Translations under genes and position numbers: made by a program
Notes under the pieces: model-generated
Told to the model about the DNA's origin: nothing
Databases searched by the model: none
The model's input: the letters and a program-made list of their open reading frames with translations, nothing else
In this document: one piece after another, positions 1-10,895 of the stretch
Numbering within the stretch: the first letter of the stretch is position 1
How the letters are laid out: each line of letters starts with the position of its first letter
NCBI GenBank assembly: GCA_014905635.1
Contig: JABVCE010000003.1
Coordinates: 1,364,001-1,428,000 of the forward strand
Direction of reading: 5' to 3'
DNA length: 64,000 bases
Source of the DNA: Scenedesmus sp. PABB004
Taxonomy: Eukaryota

Positions 1-1
1 C

Positions 2-133
2 GACCTCAATCGCACCCTCTGCGACAACGGCCTGCCCGACGAGGCCGCCGCGTGCGCGGAGCTCGACCTCCCGCCCGACGCCGCCGTGCCGGCGCTGCTG
101 CTCTACTGGCACGACGACCTCACCGTCGCGTGA
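2..133 (+). CDS. CYB5D1: 3' end of cytochrome b5 domain-containing protein 1 (CYB5D1-like), truncated at window start
   Basis: Frame from base 2 reads DLNRTLCDNGLPDEAAACAELDLPPDAAVPALLLYWHDDLTVA* (TGA 131-133). This resembles the CYB5D1 C-terminus pattern TLxxNG..DE...P.lLLY.xDDLT. Confidence 0.7.
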   Translation, partial: DLNRTLCDNGLPDEAAACAELDLPPDAAVPALLLYWHDDLTVA

Positions 134-438
134 GGCGGCGCCGGCGGCGGCGCGGCGACGAGGGGCGGCCCGGCGGCGGCGGCGCAGCGGCGGCGTGGCC
201 GGGGCCCGGCGGTGAACCCTGCTGCGGCGGCGCGCTGTCCCAGTTCAAGGGCGGCTGTGCCACACCGCCAGCTCCGCCGTCGCCAGCGCTCCAAGCGCCC
301 GCGCCGCAGTCGCCGCACCGCGCGCTCGCGCCGCTGCTGCCGCCGCCGCCAACCGCCGCGCCGCGCCTGATCACGCGGCGTTGGGCGGCCGACCGGCTAG
401 GCAGGGCCTGCGACAGGCCCCGCGGGCGGGCCGCCACC

Positions 439-2723
439 ATGTCGCTGGCGCTGCGCCTCAAGGTGGGCTGCCGCCGCCGGATGGCGCGCCGCGTGCGCCG
501 CGCCCGGCGCAGCTCCGCCCGGCGCGCCCGGCCCGGCCGCCTGCACGACCCCGCGCGCCGCCGGCGTAGGTCGCTGCGGCGGCCGGCGGCGCGGCGGCGC
601 TGGCGGCGGTGGGGTACTACAGCTCGCTGGACGTGCAGCGCCGCTTTGAGCTCGCCAGCGCGACCGGCCCGCTGGTGCGCCTGCTGGACCCGGAGACCAG
701 CCACAAGCTGGGCATCTGGGCCGCGCGGCTGGGCGCCTTCCCGCGCGAGACGCGGCCAGACCCGGAGAGCCTGCGCGTGACGCTCTGGGGGCGCACGTTC
801 CCCAACCCCATCGGTGCGCGGCGCCGACGGCAGCGCGGCGCGCGGCGGCGCTGCGCGGCCCGGCGTCCCACGGGCCCGGCGCGCGCGCGAAGGGGGGGGC
901 GCCCGCGGGCGGCCGCCGGCGCCGCCGCCCGCGCGCCGCCCGACCCCGCCGCGCCGCCGCGGTCGCCAGGCCTGGCTGCTGGGTTTGACAAGGACGCGGA
1001 GGCCATCAAGGGCCTGCTGGGGCTGGGCCTGGGGTTTATGGAAGTCGGTGAGCCGCGGCGGCGGCACCGCGCCGCGGGGCAGGGGCACGAAACACGGCGG
1101 CCGGTAGCTAGCAGAGGCTGGGCTGCCGGGCAGGGGCTGGGTGTCGCCCGAGCGCGCCGCCGCCGCCGCCGCCGCCGGCGCAGGGTCCATCACGCCGCAG
1201 CCGCAGCCGGGCAACGACAAGCCGCGCTGCTTCCGGCTGTCGGAGCTCAAGTGAGGCGGGCGCCGGGTCGCGGCGCGCAGCCGGCAGCAGTGCACCGCCG
1301 CACCGCCGCACCGCCGCACCGCCGCCGCCCACGCGCGCCCTCCGCCGCTCCCCCCCTTTCCTCGCAGGGCGGTGATCAATCGCTACGGCTTCAACAGCGC
1401 CGGCGCCGACGCGGCGGCGCAGCACCTCGATGCGTTCTGGAAGAAGGTCGCGCGCGACCCCGCCGCCAAGCCGGGTGCGGGGCGCGCCCGGCCGCCCAGC
1501 GCGGCGCGGCGCGCGCCGCCCGCCCGCCCCGCGCGCGTCGCCGGCGCCGCCTCCACGGCCGCGGCCCGCGCCGCGCGCCGCGCGCCTCGCGCCTCGCCCG
1601 CCGCCCGCGCAGGGCTGCTGGGCGTAAACCTCGGCAAGAACAAGGCCTCGGCCGACGCGGCGGACGACTATGCAATTGGCCTGATGAAGCTCGGCAAGTA
1701 CGCCGACTTTGTGGTCATCAACGTCTCCAGCCCCAACACGCCAGGTGCGTTACGTTGTTACGTTGTGCGTCACTGTGTGTGTTACACGTCACTTTGTGTG
1801 TCGCCACCGTCGCAGCGCCCGCCCCCAGCCGGCACGTGTGGGGCTGCCGACATGCCGCCGCGCCGCTGCGTCGCCGCTGCCGCCGCGGCCGCCCGCGCCA
1901 GGCCTGCGCTCGCTGCAGGGGCGCCAGGCGCTGCAGGACCTCGTGCACTTCGTCAAAGCCGCGCGCGACAAGCTCGACTGGGGCCCCGGCGGCGCGCCGC
2001 CGCTGCTGGTGAAGATTGCGCCCGACCTCACCGACGCCGACAAGGCAGACATCGCGGCCGTGGTGCTCAGCAGCGGCGTGGACGGCCTCGTGGTCGGGAA
2101 CACCACGCTCAGCCGGCCGGGTGCGGCCAGCGCGCGCGGCGGCGCACCGGCACGCACCCGGCACGCACCCGGCACGCACCTGGCCGGCGGCCCCGCCCAC
2201 GCGCCGCCGCCCCCTCCTGCCCGCCGTCCCCCGCCGCGGCGCAGGCGCGGTGGCGGAGCACCGCCACGGCGCCGAGGCGGGCGGCCTGAGTGGGCCGCCG
2301 CTCTTCCCGCTCTCCACGTCGGTGCTGGCCGACATGTACCGCCTCACGCGCGGCACCGTACCCATCATCGGCTGCGGCGGCGTCGCCAGCGGTGCGCCGA
2401 CGCGCCGCCTCCTCCGCGGCGCGGGCACGCCGCGGGGCCGGGCCCACCCGCCCGCCGCCCCTCAACCCTGAACCCTAAACCCTCCGCCCGGTCGCGCGCC
2501 GCCCGCCGCGCCACGGGCAGGCGAGGACGCATACGCCAAGATCCGGGCCGGCGCGAGCCTGGTGGAGCTCTACACCGCCCTCGCCTACGACGGCCCCGCC
2601 GTCGTTCCGGCCATCAAGGCGCAGCTCGCCGAGTGCCTCGCGCGCGACGGCTTTGGCAGCGTCGCCGACGCGGTCGGCGCCGACCACCGCCGCGGCGCCG
2701 CGCGGCGCGGCCGCGCGGCCTAG
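439..2723 (+). CDS. DHODH: Dihydroorotate dehydrogenase (quinone, class 2, mitochondrial), multi-exon
   Basis: ATG 439 in ccaccATG context. Spliced exons give [89 protein letters not shown] and [15 protein letters not shown]. Stop TAG 2721-2723. Confidence 0.97.
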
Positions 2724-2993
2724 GCGGCGCCTCGGCGGGCGGCAGCGCGGCGGGCGGCCGCGGCGGGCGGCCGCGGCGGGCGGCAGCGCGGCGGGCGGCA
2801 GCGCGGCGGGCGGCCGCGTGCGCGTGTACAGTATGTGCAGCGGGGGCGCGGCCGGGCGGCGCAGCGCCCCGGTGCGCAGCGGCGGCGGCTGGTGGCTGGC
2901 GGCAGGGCGCGGTGTGTGACCGCACGGGTTACCGACTCCGGCGCGCGCGCCGCGAGCGCAGGCACACTCGCTGGCCGCTGCTGCCGCGGCTCC

Positions 2994-3042
<49 letters not shown>

Positions 3043-3049
3043 GCCGCGC

Positions 3050-4220
3050 TCACTTGCCGCGGCAGCCGACCTGGAAGCGGCTCTCCCCCGTGAGCGTGGG
3101 GTTGCTGCACAGCCGCTTCACGTCTTCGTTGCCGATCAGGGCGTCCTCCCACACGCTCTCAGACAGGTCGGCGCCGTCAAACACGGTGCCTGCGCGCGCG
3201 CGTGGCGGTGAGCGCGCCGGCGGGTCGGCGGCGGCGGGCCGCGGCGCGGTCGTCCAGAGCGGCGCGGGGGCGTGCATGCGGCGCGAGGGAGTCGCACCCG
3301 TGACGACGGCGTTGACAAACTTCACGCGGTTGAGCTTGGCGTTGGTGAAGTCGACGCGGTCAACCACGGCGTTGGTGAGGTCCGCGCCCGCCAGGTTCGA
3401 GTCGACCGCGTAGGACTGCGCGGCGGCGGCGGCAGGAGCGCAGGGGACGGCGCGGGCGGCCGGCGCGGGCTGTGGCACGCGCCGCGCGCCGCGCCGCGCC
3501 GCGCCGCGCCGTGGGCGCTGCCCGAGCTGCCCGCGCTGCCCGAGCTGCTGCGCGCCCCGCCTTGGTGAGCACCGCCTCCTGGAGGTTGCTGTTGGTCAGG
3601 TCGGTCTCGCTCAGCAGCGCGCCCGCGAGCGTCTTGCCCGACAGGTTCTTGCCCGCAAAGTTGCACTTGCGCAGGTCGAGCACCTTGTCGCTCACCGCGT
3701 TGGCCTGGCCGATGGTGTTGCCGGTGTAGCCGCGCTCGCAGCGGTCGGGGTCTGCGCGCGCGGGCGCGGCGTGGGCCGGCCGCTGCGGCGGCGGGCGGCT
3801 GCGCGGCGCGCGGCGGCGCGCGCGGCCGCGCGGGGCGTGCACCGTTGGAGATGGGGGGCAGCCTGAAGTCCGCCAGCGCCGGCGCCGCGGTCGCCAGGCT
3901 CAGCGCGGCGAGGCCGGCGGCGAGCGCGGCGCGCGCCGCCTGCCCAGGCTCCTGGGCGGCGCTGGCACGCACGGGCGAGCGCGTGCTGGCTGCGACGTGC
4001 GTATTGGAGGGCGGGGCAGGATCAGCGACCCTCGTCGGCGCCAGTGCGGCAGCAGGGGCCCGCTGCGGGACGCGCGATTGCGCGCGGCCACAGAAAGCCG
4101 CGCGCTGCGAGCGCGCCGACGCGCTCGCTCACCCTGGAACACCACACAGCGCGTCCTGGAGGCGGGCCGTGAGGCTGTGCTGGCGGCGCTAAAGCGGCAC
4201 CGGGCGGCACCGAGCGCCAT
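3050..4220 (-). CDS. Thylakoid lumenal 17 kDa pentapeptide-repeat protein (TL17-like), multi-exon
   Basis: Transit peptide plus lumen signal ending ALA|DFRLPPI. Then DPDRCERGYTGNTIGQANAVSDKVLDLRKC and pentapeptide repeats (NLAGADLTNAVVDRVDFTNAKL), ending RFQVGCRGK*. Confidence 0.92.
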
Positions 4221-4590
4221 CTCTGCAATCGACTGCGACTGCTGCTGCTGGGCTGTGCTTTTGCGGGCGCAGGCGCACGGGCGCGTGGAGCGGCACGTGA
4301 GCGCGGGAGTGGACCATCGCGTCGCGCGAGTCCACGCCTGGCCGCGCTGTCATTGTCGGTGAAGCGCGCCGAGCGTCGTCGCTGCTGCGCCGCCGAGGCT
4401 CGCGGCGGGCTGCAGCAAGCGATCACACCCGCGCCGCTCGCCGCGCTGGTGCCACGCTCACTGCACCAGCGCAACGCGGCCTGCACATCCCCTGAACGCA
4501 TCCCCTGAACGCCCGGCGCGCGCCGCTCTCGCAGCTGCCGCTCGCTCGCTGCTGCGGAGCCGCGGCGCTCGCAGCGCGGCCGCCGGCGCC

Positions 4591-4634
4591 ATGGCGCGGC
4601 GCCTGGCGACGCGCGGCCTCTGGGAGAGGTGCGG

Positions 4635-4665
<31 letters not shown>

Positions 4666-5428
4666 TTTCCGCCGCTGACTCCCGAGCGCTGCGCCGGCGG
4701 CGCAGGCTGCGCTCGTTTGTGCTGCGCGAGACGTTTGTGGGCGCGGACGCCAACGGCAACACGTACTACCGTTGGACCGAGAAGGACCTGTCGGGCAGCC
4801 TCGTGGAGAAGCGCCGCGTGCGCGTGCCGGGGAACGACCTGCTGTACGACCCCAAGGCGCGCGCCGCCGCTGCGCCCGCGGAGGGCCCGCGGGGCTCTGC
4901 GCGCCCAGGGAGCCCGCGGGGCCCGCGGGGCCCGCGCGCGCGCAGAGCAGCGGCCGCAGCGGTCGCAGCGGTGCTTGCGGCGGGACGCCCGCGCCGCGCC
5001 ACGCCGCACCGCGTGCCGCAGATCATTCCCAGCCAGTGGCGCGCGTGGCTGGCCAAGACGCGGCCGGAGCCGCCGAGCGAGGAGGAGATGGCCGCGTGAG
5101 CAGACGCCGCCGCGGCCGCGGCGCGCGCGCGCGCGTGCGCGCGGCCGGCCCGGCCGCTGACGGGTCGCTGCGCCGCGCCGCGCGCAGGGCGGCCGAGCGC
5201 GCCGCGGCGATGCGGCAGCGCGTCGCGGCGGTGGAGGAGCGGGAGGCGCAGCGGCGCATCCGCATGGAGAGCCTCGGCCGGGCAGCCACGGCAGCGGGCG
5301 GGCCAGACGAGGGTCGCTTCGTCAGCCAGCTGGAGCACAGGGGCTACGGCGGCGGCGGCGCGGCGGGCGGCGGCGGCGCGGCGGGCGACGGCAAGGCCGG
5401 AGGCAGCGGCGGCAGCGGCGCGGGGTGA
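4591..5428 (+). CDS. NDUFA12/NDUFAF2-family complex I subunit or assembly factor, 4 exons
   Basis: Spliced: MARRLATRGLWER-LRSFVLRETFVGADANGNTYYR...YDPK-IIPSQWRAWLAKTRPEPPSEEE. Contains the VG.D..GN.YY and P..W..WL...R..PP family motifs. Stop TGA 5426-5428. Confidence 0.85.
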
Positions 5429-5894
5429 TGCCTGTGCCGCACGCAGCGCGCGCCGCGGCAGCGGGCGGGACCGGTGACGACGGCCCCCTTTTTTGGCGCT
5501 GCGCGTGCGCACTCGTCAGCGGCTCGCGTTCTTCTGCGCGACAGCACCTGGCCGCGCTCTGGCAGGCGCCCGAGGCGCACCGCCGCCAACCACCTCCGCC
5601 CGGCCGCCTTCTGCCGCCGCCGCGCCGCGCCGCGGCATCTCGCCTGGTCGGCCGGCCTTCCAGGCGCCGTTCTTGTCTGCGCATTCCCTCGACCTCACCG
5701 CGTTGCTTCGCGCCGGGTCAGTTGCGCGCTCGTTCCGACCGCGAGCGCGCCCTGTACTGCCCTGCCTCCGCTGCGGCGAAGGGAGCTCTAGGAGGAGCCA
5801 GGATCAATGAGCAGCTCGCGTTATTGAGCTCACGCGTGCCGCAGGCGGCCAGCGCCGGCGCGGCGCGGAGCAGCGGGCCTACCTCGCCGACACG

Positions 5895-8823
5895 ATGGGC
5901 ACCCGGCGCAAGGGCGGCGGGGAATACTCCTCGACGTACCAAAAGAGGCAGGCGTGGACGCCAGAGGTGCGGTGGCGGAGCCTGCTGGGCCTGCGGGCCG
6001 TGGGGGGCGGGGCGCCGGCCGGCATCGCGCAGTACGCGGGGCAGCACGCGCGGCGCAGCCCCGCAGCGCCTGACGGGGGCCGGGAGCTGGGGCGCAGTGC
6101 ACGATCTGCTGCTCACGTGCGCGCGCGGCACCGCAGGAGGACGAGATTCTCAAGCAGCAGGTGGCGCGCCTCGGCACGCACTGCTGGCCGGACGTGGCCA
6201 GCGGCCTCATCGGCCGCACCAGCAAGGCCTGCAGCCTGCGGTGAGCCGTCGTGCCAGGCACCCAGCAGCGCGCCGGAAGCTGCGGCGCGGCCCCCGGCGG
6301 CGCGCGGCCCCCGCGCCGGCGCTCGCTTTTGCTTGCAGCACGCACGCGCGCCGCTGGTGACGCCGCTGGTGACGCCGCCGCCGCGCGCCCCAGGTGGCGC
6401 TGCTTCCTGTCGCCGACCATCATCCGCCCCAACGACGAGCCCTTCTCGCAGTGGGAGATCGCCGTCATCGTGCTGGTGCGCGGCGCGGCGCACGCCGCCG
6501 CCTCCCTCCGCGGCGGCCGCTCGGCCACCCGGCCCGCCCACCCGGCCCGCCGCCGCCCGCCCGGCCCGCCGCCGCCGCGCAGACGCAGAAGATGTTTGGG
6601 AACAAGTGGAACGACATCGCCAACTACCTGCCAATGCGGTGCAACAACGACATCAAGAACCACTTCAACCTCTACCTCAAGGACAAGACCAGCGCGGTCG
6701 CGGGCGAAAACACCTTCCTCCGCGCCGGCGCCGACCTCGCGAGCCTGCTCGCGGGCGAGCCCGAGGACGTCGCGGCGCGGCGGGAGAAGCTGGAGAAGGA
6801 GCGGGTGCGCCGCCGCGGCACGCGCGCACGCGGCGGGGAGGGGCCGCGCGCGCGCGCGGCCGGGCGGGGCCGGGGTTGGCACCAGGCGGGGCGCCAACAC
6901 GCGCCGACCGCGCCGCGCCGACCGCGCGCGCGCCAGGCGGCGTCCAACAACTTTGACCACCCGCCGGTCAAGGCCGGCGGCGGGCGCGGCGTGTCGGCGT
7001 ACCTGCGCCGCGCGGCGGCGGGGCGCCCCAAGCCCGGCGGCGGGGGCGGGGGCAGCAAGTACCACCCGTACGCCCTCGGCGGCGGCGCGTGCAGCAGCAG
7101 CAGCCTCAGCGGCGGCGCGGCGCGCAGCGCGTCGGCCGCGTCGCTCGGCGCCGGCGACAGCGACGGCAGCCCCAGCTCCGCGCACGGCGGCGCGTACTCG
7201 GCGTTTGCGGGCCTCCCGCGGCCGCACAGCTCGCAGAGCATGGGCGCGATGGACGCGCTGGCGCTGCAGGGCGGCGCCGGCCTGGGCGGCGCGGGCGGCG
7301 CGCTCGGCGCGGGGCTGCCGACCACGCTGCTCTTCGGCGGGGCGCTGCCGGGCCACGCGCTGCTGGGCGACGCGCTCGGCATCAAGCAGGAAGCGGGCCA
7401 GGGCAGCGGCGGCAGCGCCGCCAGCCTCGCGTACTGCTTCGGCGGCAGCACCTACGCGCCGTACGGCGGCGCCGGCAGCGACTGGGGCTCGCCGAGCGTG
7501 CAGGGCGGCGCCGCGCTGGGGCACCTGCCCGGCGCCAGCGACGAGCCCGTCGGCCGCCTGCCGAGCCGGCTGCAGCACGCGAGCCACCCGGACCACCTCG
7601 GCGGCGCGCACTCCGGCAGCCTCGGCTTCGCGGCGCGGCACCACTCCGGCGGCGAGCACGGCGGCGCGCTCGCGGCGCCGCCCGGCGACGCGGTCATGGC
7701 CGGCGTGCAGGCGTTTGAGACGATGCCGTCGCTGCCAGACCCCGCCGACCCGGCCGGCATCCTGGAGGGCGGCGACGGCGACGGCACGTCGCTGCGCGGC
7801 ATTTTCTCCAGCGACGACGGCGAGCACCACCAGCTTGCGGCGGCCGCGGCGGCGGCGGCCGCGCAGCCACGCCCTGCGCCCCTGCAGCTGCAGGGCGCGG
7901 CGTGCGGCGCCGCCGGCGGCGTCGACGTCGCGGCCGCGGCGCACGCGGCCGCGGTGGCGCAGTGCTCGCCCGGCGGCGCGGCGGGCTTTGCGCCCGGCCC
8001 GAGCTTCGCGCGGCAGGGCGCGGCGCGCACGCCGCACGGCCTGCGGCTCGACGTGGACTGCGGCGCGCCGGCGCCCAGCAGCGCGGAGCGGCTCGTGACC
8101 GGCGGCGACCGCGGCGCGCTGAGCGCGCCGTGCACGGTCACCGCCGCGTACACGCCCAGCGTGGCGGGCCTGCCGGCGGGCGCGTTCACGCAGCAGGGCG
8201 GTGGCAGCGGCGACGCCGCCGAGGCGGCGGCGTGCGCGGGCTTCCTGGCGCACGCGCCGGGGCAGCCGCAGCGCTACACGCCGTTTGGCCAGCCGGCGCA
8301 CCAGCACCAGCAGGTGCAGCAGCTGCAGCAGGCGCCGCAGCTGGCGGCGCACAGCTTTGACGCGCCGGCGCACGCGCACGCGCGGCAGCGCCTCGCGCAG
8401 CTGCAGCTGCACGGCGCGCCGCCGCCCGCGTTTGCGGCCCACTGCGGCGGCGCCGGCGGCACCGTGGCCGCGTCGGCCGCCGCCGCGGTCGCGCGCGGCT
8501 GCGGCGGCTCGCTGGCGCTGGCGCAGCTGCCGCTCGGGCTGCCAGGGCACGACGACGACGACGACGGCGGCCTCGGCACGCTGGCGGAGCTGCTGGAGCA
8601 GCCCGACCACGTCGACTGCGGCATGCAGCTCGGCGGCGGCTCGTGCCACAGCCACGTCGTCAGCGCGTGCCACCACCCGCCGGGGCTCGAGGAGGGCGGC
8701 GACTGCGAGCTGCTGCTCTCGGACGGCGACTTTGACGACCACGTGGGGGGCGGGGAGCTGCTGCCGGGGCTGAAGCGCGCCAACAGCGAGCTCGAGCTCA
8801 TGGCCGCCGCGGCGTGCTGGTGA
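5895..8823 (+). CDS. R2R3-MYB transcription factor with long Gly/Ala/His-rich C-terminus
   Basis: Spliced repeats WTPEEDEILKQQVARLGTHCWPDVASGLIGRTSKACSLRW and FSQWEIAVIVLTQKMFGNKWNDIANYLPMRCNNDIKNHFN. Stop TGA 8821-8823. Confidence 0.92.
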
Positions 8824-10076
8824 GGCCGCCGGCGGCGGGCCTCGACCGCGCCGCCCGGCACCTCCGGCGTGGTTGGCGGTGATGGGCGGGGCCGGCCGGC
8901 TGCCCACAGCACCTCGTGTACGATGCTGCTCGCCTGCGCAGCGGCTGGCTGCGCTCTCTGCGCGGCGGCTGGCCAGCGCCGCCGCCTGCTGTTCTTTGTT
9001 TGACTGACGCGCCCACGCGCCGTTTGTTTTGATAGGCGGTGCCGCCGCCCCCGCAGCCTGCCGGCGCCACCGCCGGCCTGCTGGCGCGGCGCGCGCGGCG
9101 CGCACTGTGTGGCATCTCTGTACGTTGCACGCAGCAGCACGGCGCACTTGCTGACCGCCACCCCCGCAGTCGAGCGCTCCGGGTATTGATGCTCTCAGGG
9201 GGCCCGCAGCGGCCGCCCGCCGCGCTCGCTGGCCGCGGCGAGGCGGCCGGGCTGGGCGCACTGCACACACTGCCAATGCGCCGCGCCCTGCCAGTGGCGC
9301 TCGTGTTTGCCCTGCCACCACGGCCGCACGTTGCCGGCTGCCGCTCTGCGCGCCAGCAGCTCCAGCCGAGCGCGGCGCGCCGCAGGGCTTGCGCGCAGAT
9401 ACACTCATAAGACGGGCGCTGCCGTCGCACCGTCCGAGCTCCCGCTCGGATGTGTGCACGAGCTCACAGCCACAACCAATTACACTAGGTAGGGCTGTGC
9501 GTTGCCATGTGTACATCGCCACCACGATGCGCGCTGGGGGCCTCCTACTGGCCCGCCAGCCCCAACCCACCGCAGCAGCAACCCTGCCCACTGACTGTTG
9601 ATTGGATTGGCTGCCCTTGCGTGCGTGGGGTGTGCGTCGGCGGCCCGTGCAGGCATGGCGTTATCATCGCAAGCCAGGCGCGGCGGCGCCGCCCCCACCG
9701 GCGAGCTGCGCCTGCGGCCACCCGCAGCGTGCGCAGGTGCCTCGGGCGTGTGTGTGCGTGTGTGTGTGTCCCGCGTTTCATAATTATTCTTGCAAACCCT
9801 CGCACCACGGGCCTGCGCTCTGCTCTGCGGCGACACGCGGCGACACGCGCCCGCCGTGCAGCAGCACTCGCGGCGGTGCGCGGGGCGAGCAAAACGAGCT
9901 GCGTGTGCGGCGACGCGGGAACTCAGGGGATGGTGCACCGGGCACGGCGGGCGGCTGATCAGTTGGGCGGCAGGCGGGCTCGCTTGGCCGGTGGGCGGCA
10001 GGGAGCCGCCGGGTGGCGGCAGCGGCGTGGGTCGCACTCGCGGAACGACATTGCGATTACCACGCGTCACACGCCT

Positions 10077-10487
10077 CTACAACACCGAGTCCGCCCAGCC
10101 GGGCAGCGACGTCCGGGCGTCCCCGCCGCCCGACGGCCGCGCCCCGCCGAGGGCGTGCTGCTGCGTCAGCGGCAGCACCGGCGGCGCGGGCGCTCGCAGG
10201 TGCCGCAGGGCCTTGCCTGGCAGCGCGAGCAGCCCCGGCGGCAGCGACCAGGCGGCCAGGGCGCCCTGGCCGCCGCGCGGCAGCTCCTCCAGCACTTCCA
10301 GCGACTCGCTGTCCACCAGCGGCAGCTCGCCGCCGCCCCCACTACTGCTGCCGGCGCCGCCACCGCTCGTGAACCGGGCCGCCAGGCCGGCGAGCGCGCC
10401 GGCCGCCCAGTCCGGCAGCACGCCGCCGCCGCTGAGCCGCCACAGGGCGCTAGACTGCAGCTGCTGCCGCTGTTGGGGGGCGTCCAT
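10077..10487 (-). CDS. Hypothetical single-exon protein (136 aa)
   Basis: gccacgATGG start. Reads MDAPQQRQQLQSSALWRLSGGGVLPDW...LPGWADSVL* with a Leu-rich, coding-like composition. Minus-strand TGTAA at 9484-9480. No recognised domain. Confidence 0.45.
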   Translation of the reverse strand: MDAPQQRQQLQSSALWRLSGGGVLPDWAAGALAGLAARFTSGGGAGSSSGGGGELPLVDSESLEVLEELPRGGQGALAAWSLPPGLLALPGKALRHLRAPAPPVLPLTQQHALGGARPSGGGDARTSLPGWADSVL

Positions 10488-10895
10488 CGTGGCCCTTGGA
10501 GGCGGAGCGCAGCGAATGAATGAGCTGCGCGGGCGCGTGTACTGCCCGACACTCCGCACGCTCGCAGGGCTCGCACAGGGCTGCGAGGGCTGCACAGGCG
10601 AACACGGAGTGGACAGGACACGAGAGATGCCAGGACTGCAGCAGCCGGGGAGCGGGCGTTAGAGCCGGGTCGCCCCGGGCGACTCGCCCGTGCGCGGGTC
10701 TCTGCGTTGTGGCGCCCGAGCGGCGGCGCCGCGCCGCCGCTTGGGCGCCTCCAGCGACTTGCCCGCCGTTCCGCACTGCGCCCGCGCGGCCCTCGGGGTG
10801 CTGAGCGCTGGAGCCGGCGGCGGCGCCGCCGGCGGCCTCGCGGCAGCAGCGGGCGCGCGCCGCCGCTTGGCGCGGCGTGGCGAGCCTGCACCGCC

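Noticed and set aside
5830..9591. 1253-aa minus-strand ORF, and similar giant ORFs such as 47115-50789 and 57253-61416
   Set aside because: Antisense shadows of real genes. Stop codons are rare at this GC content, and the products are Arg/Ala/Pro-rich with no motifs.
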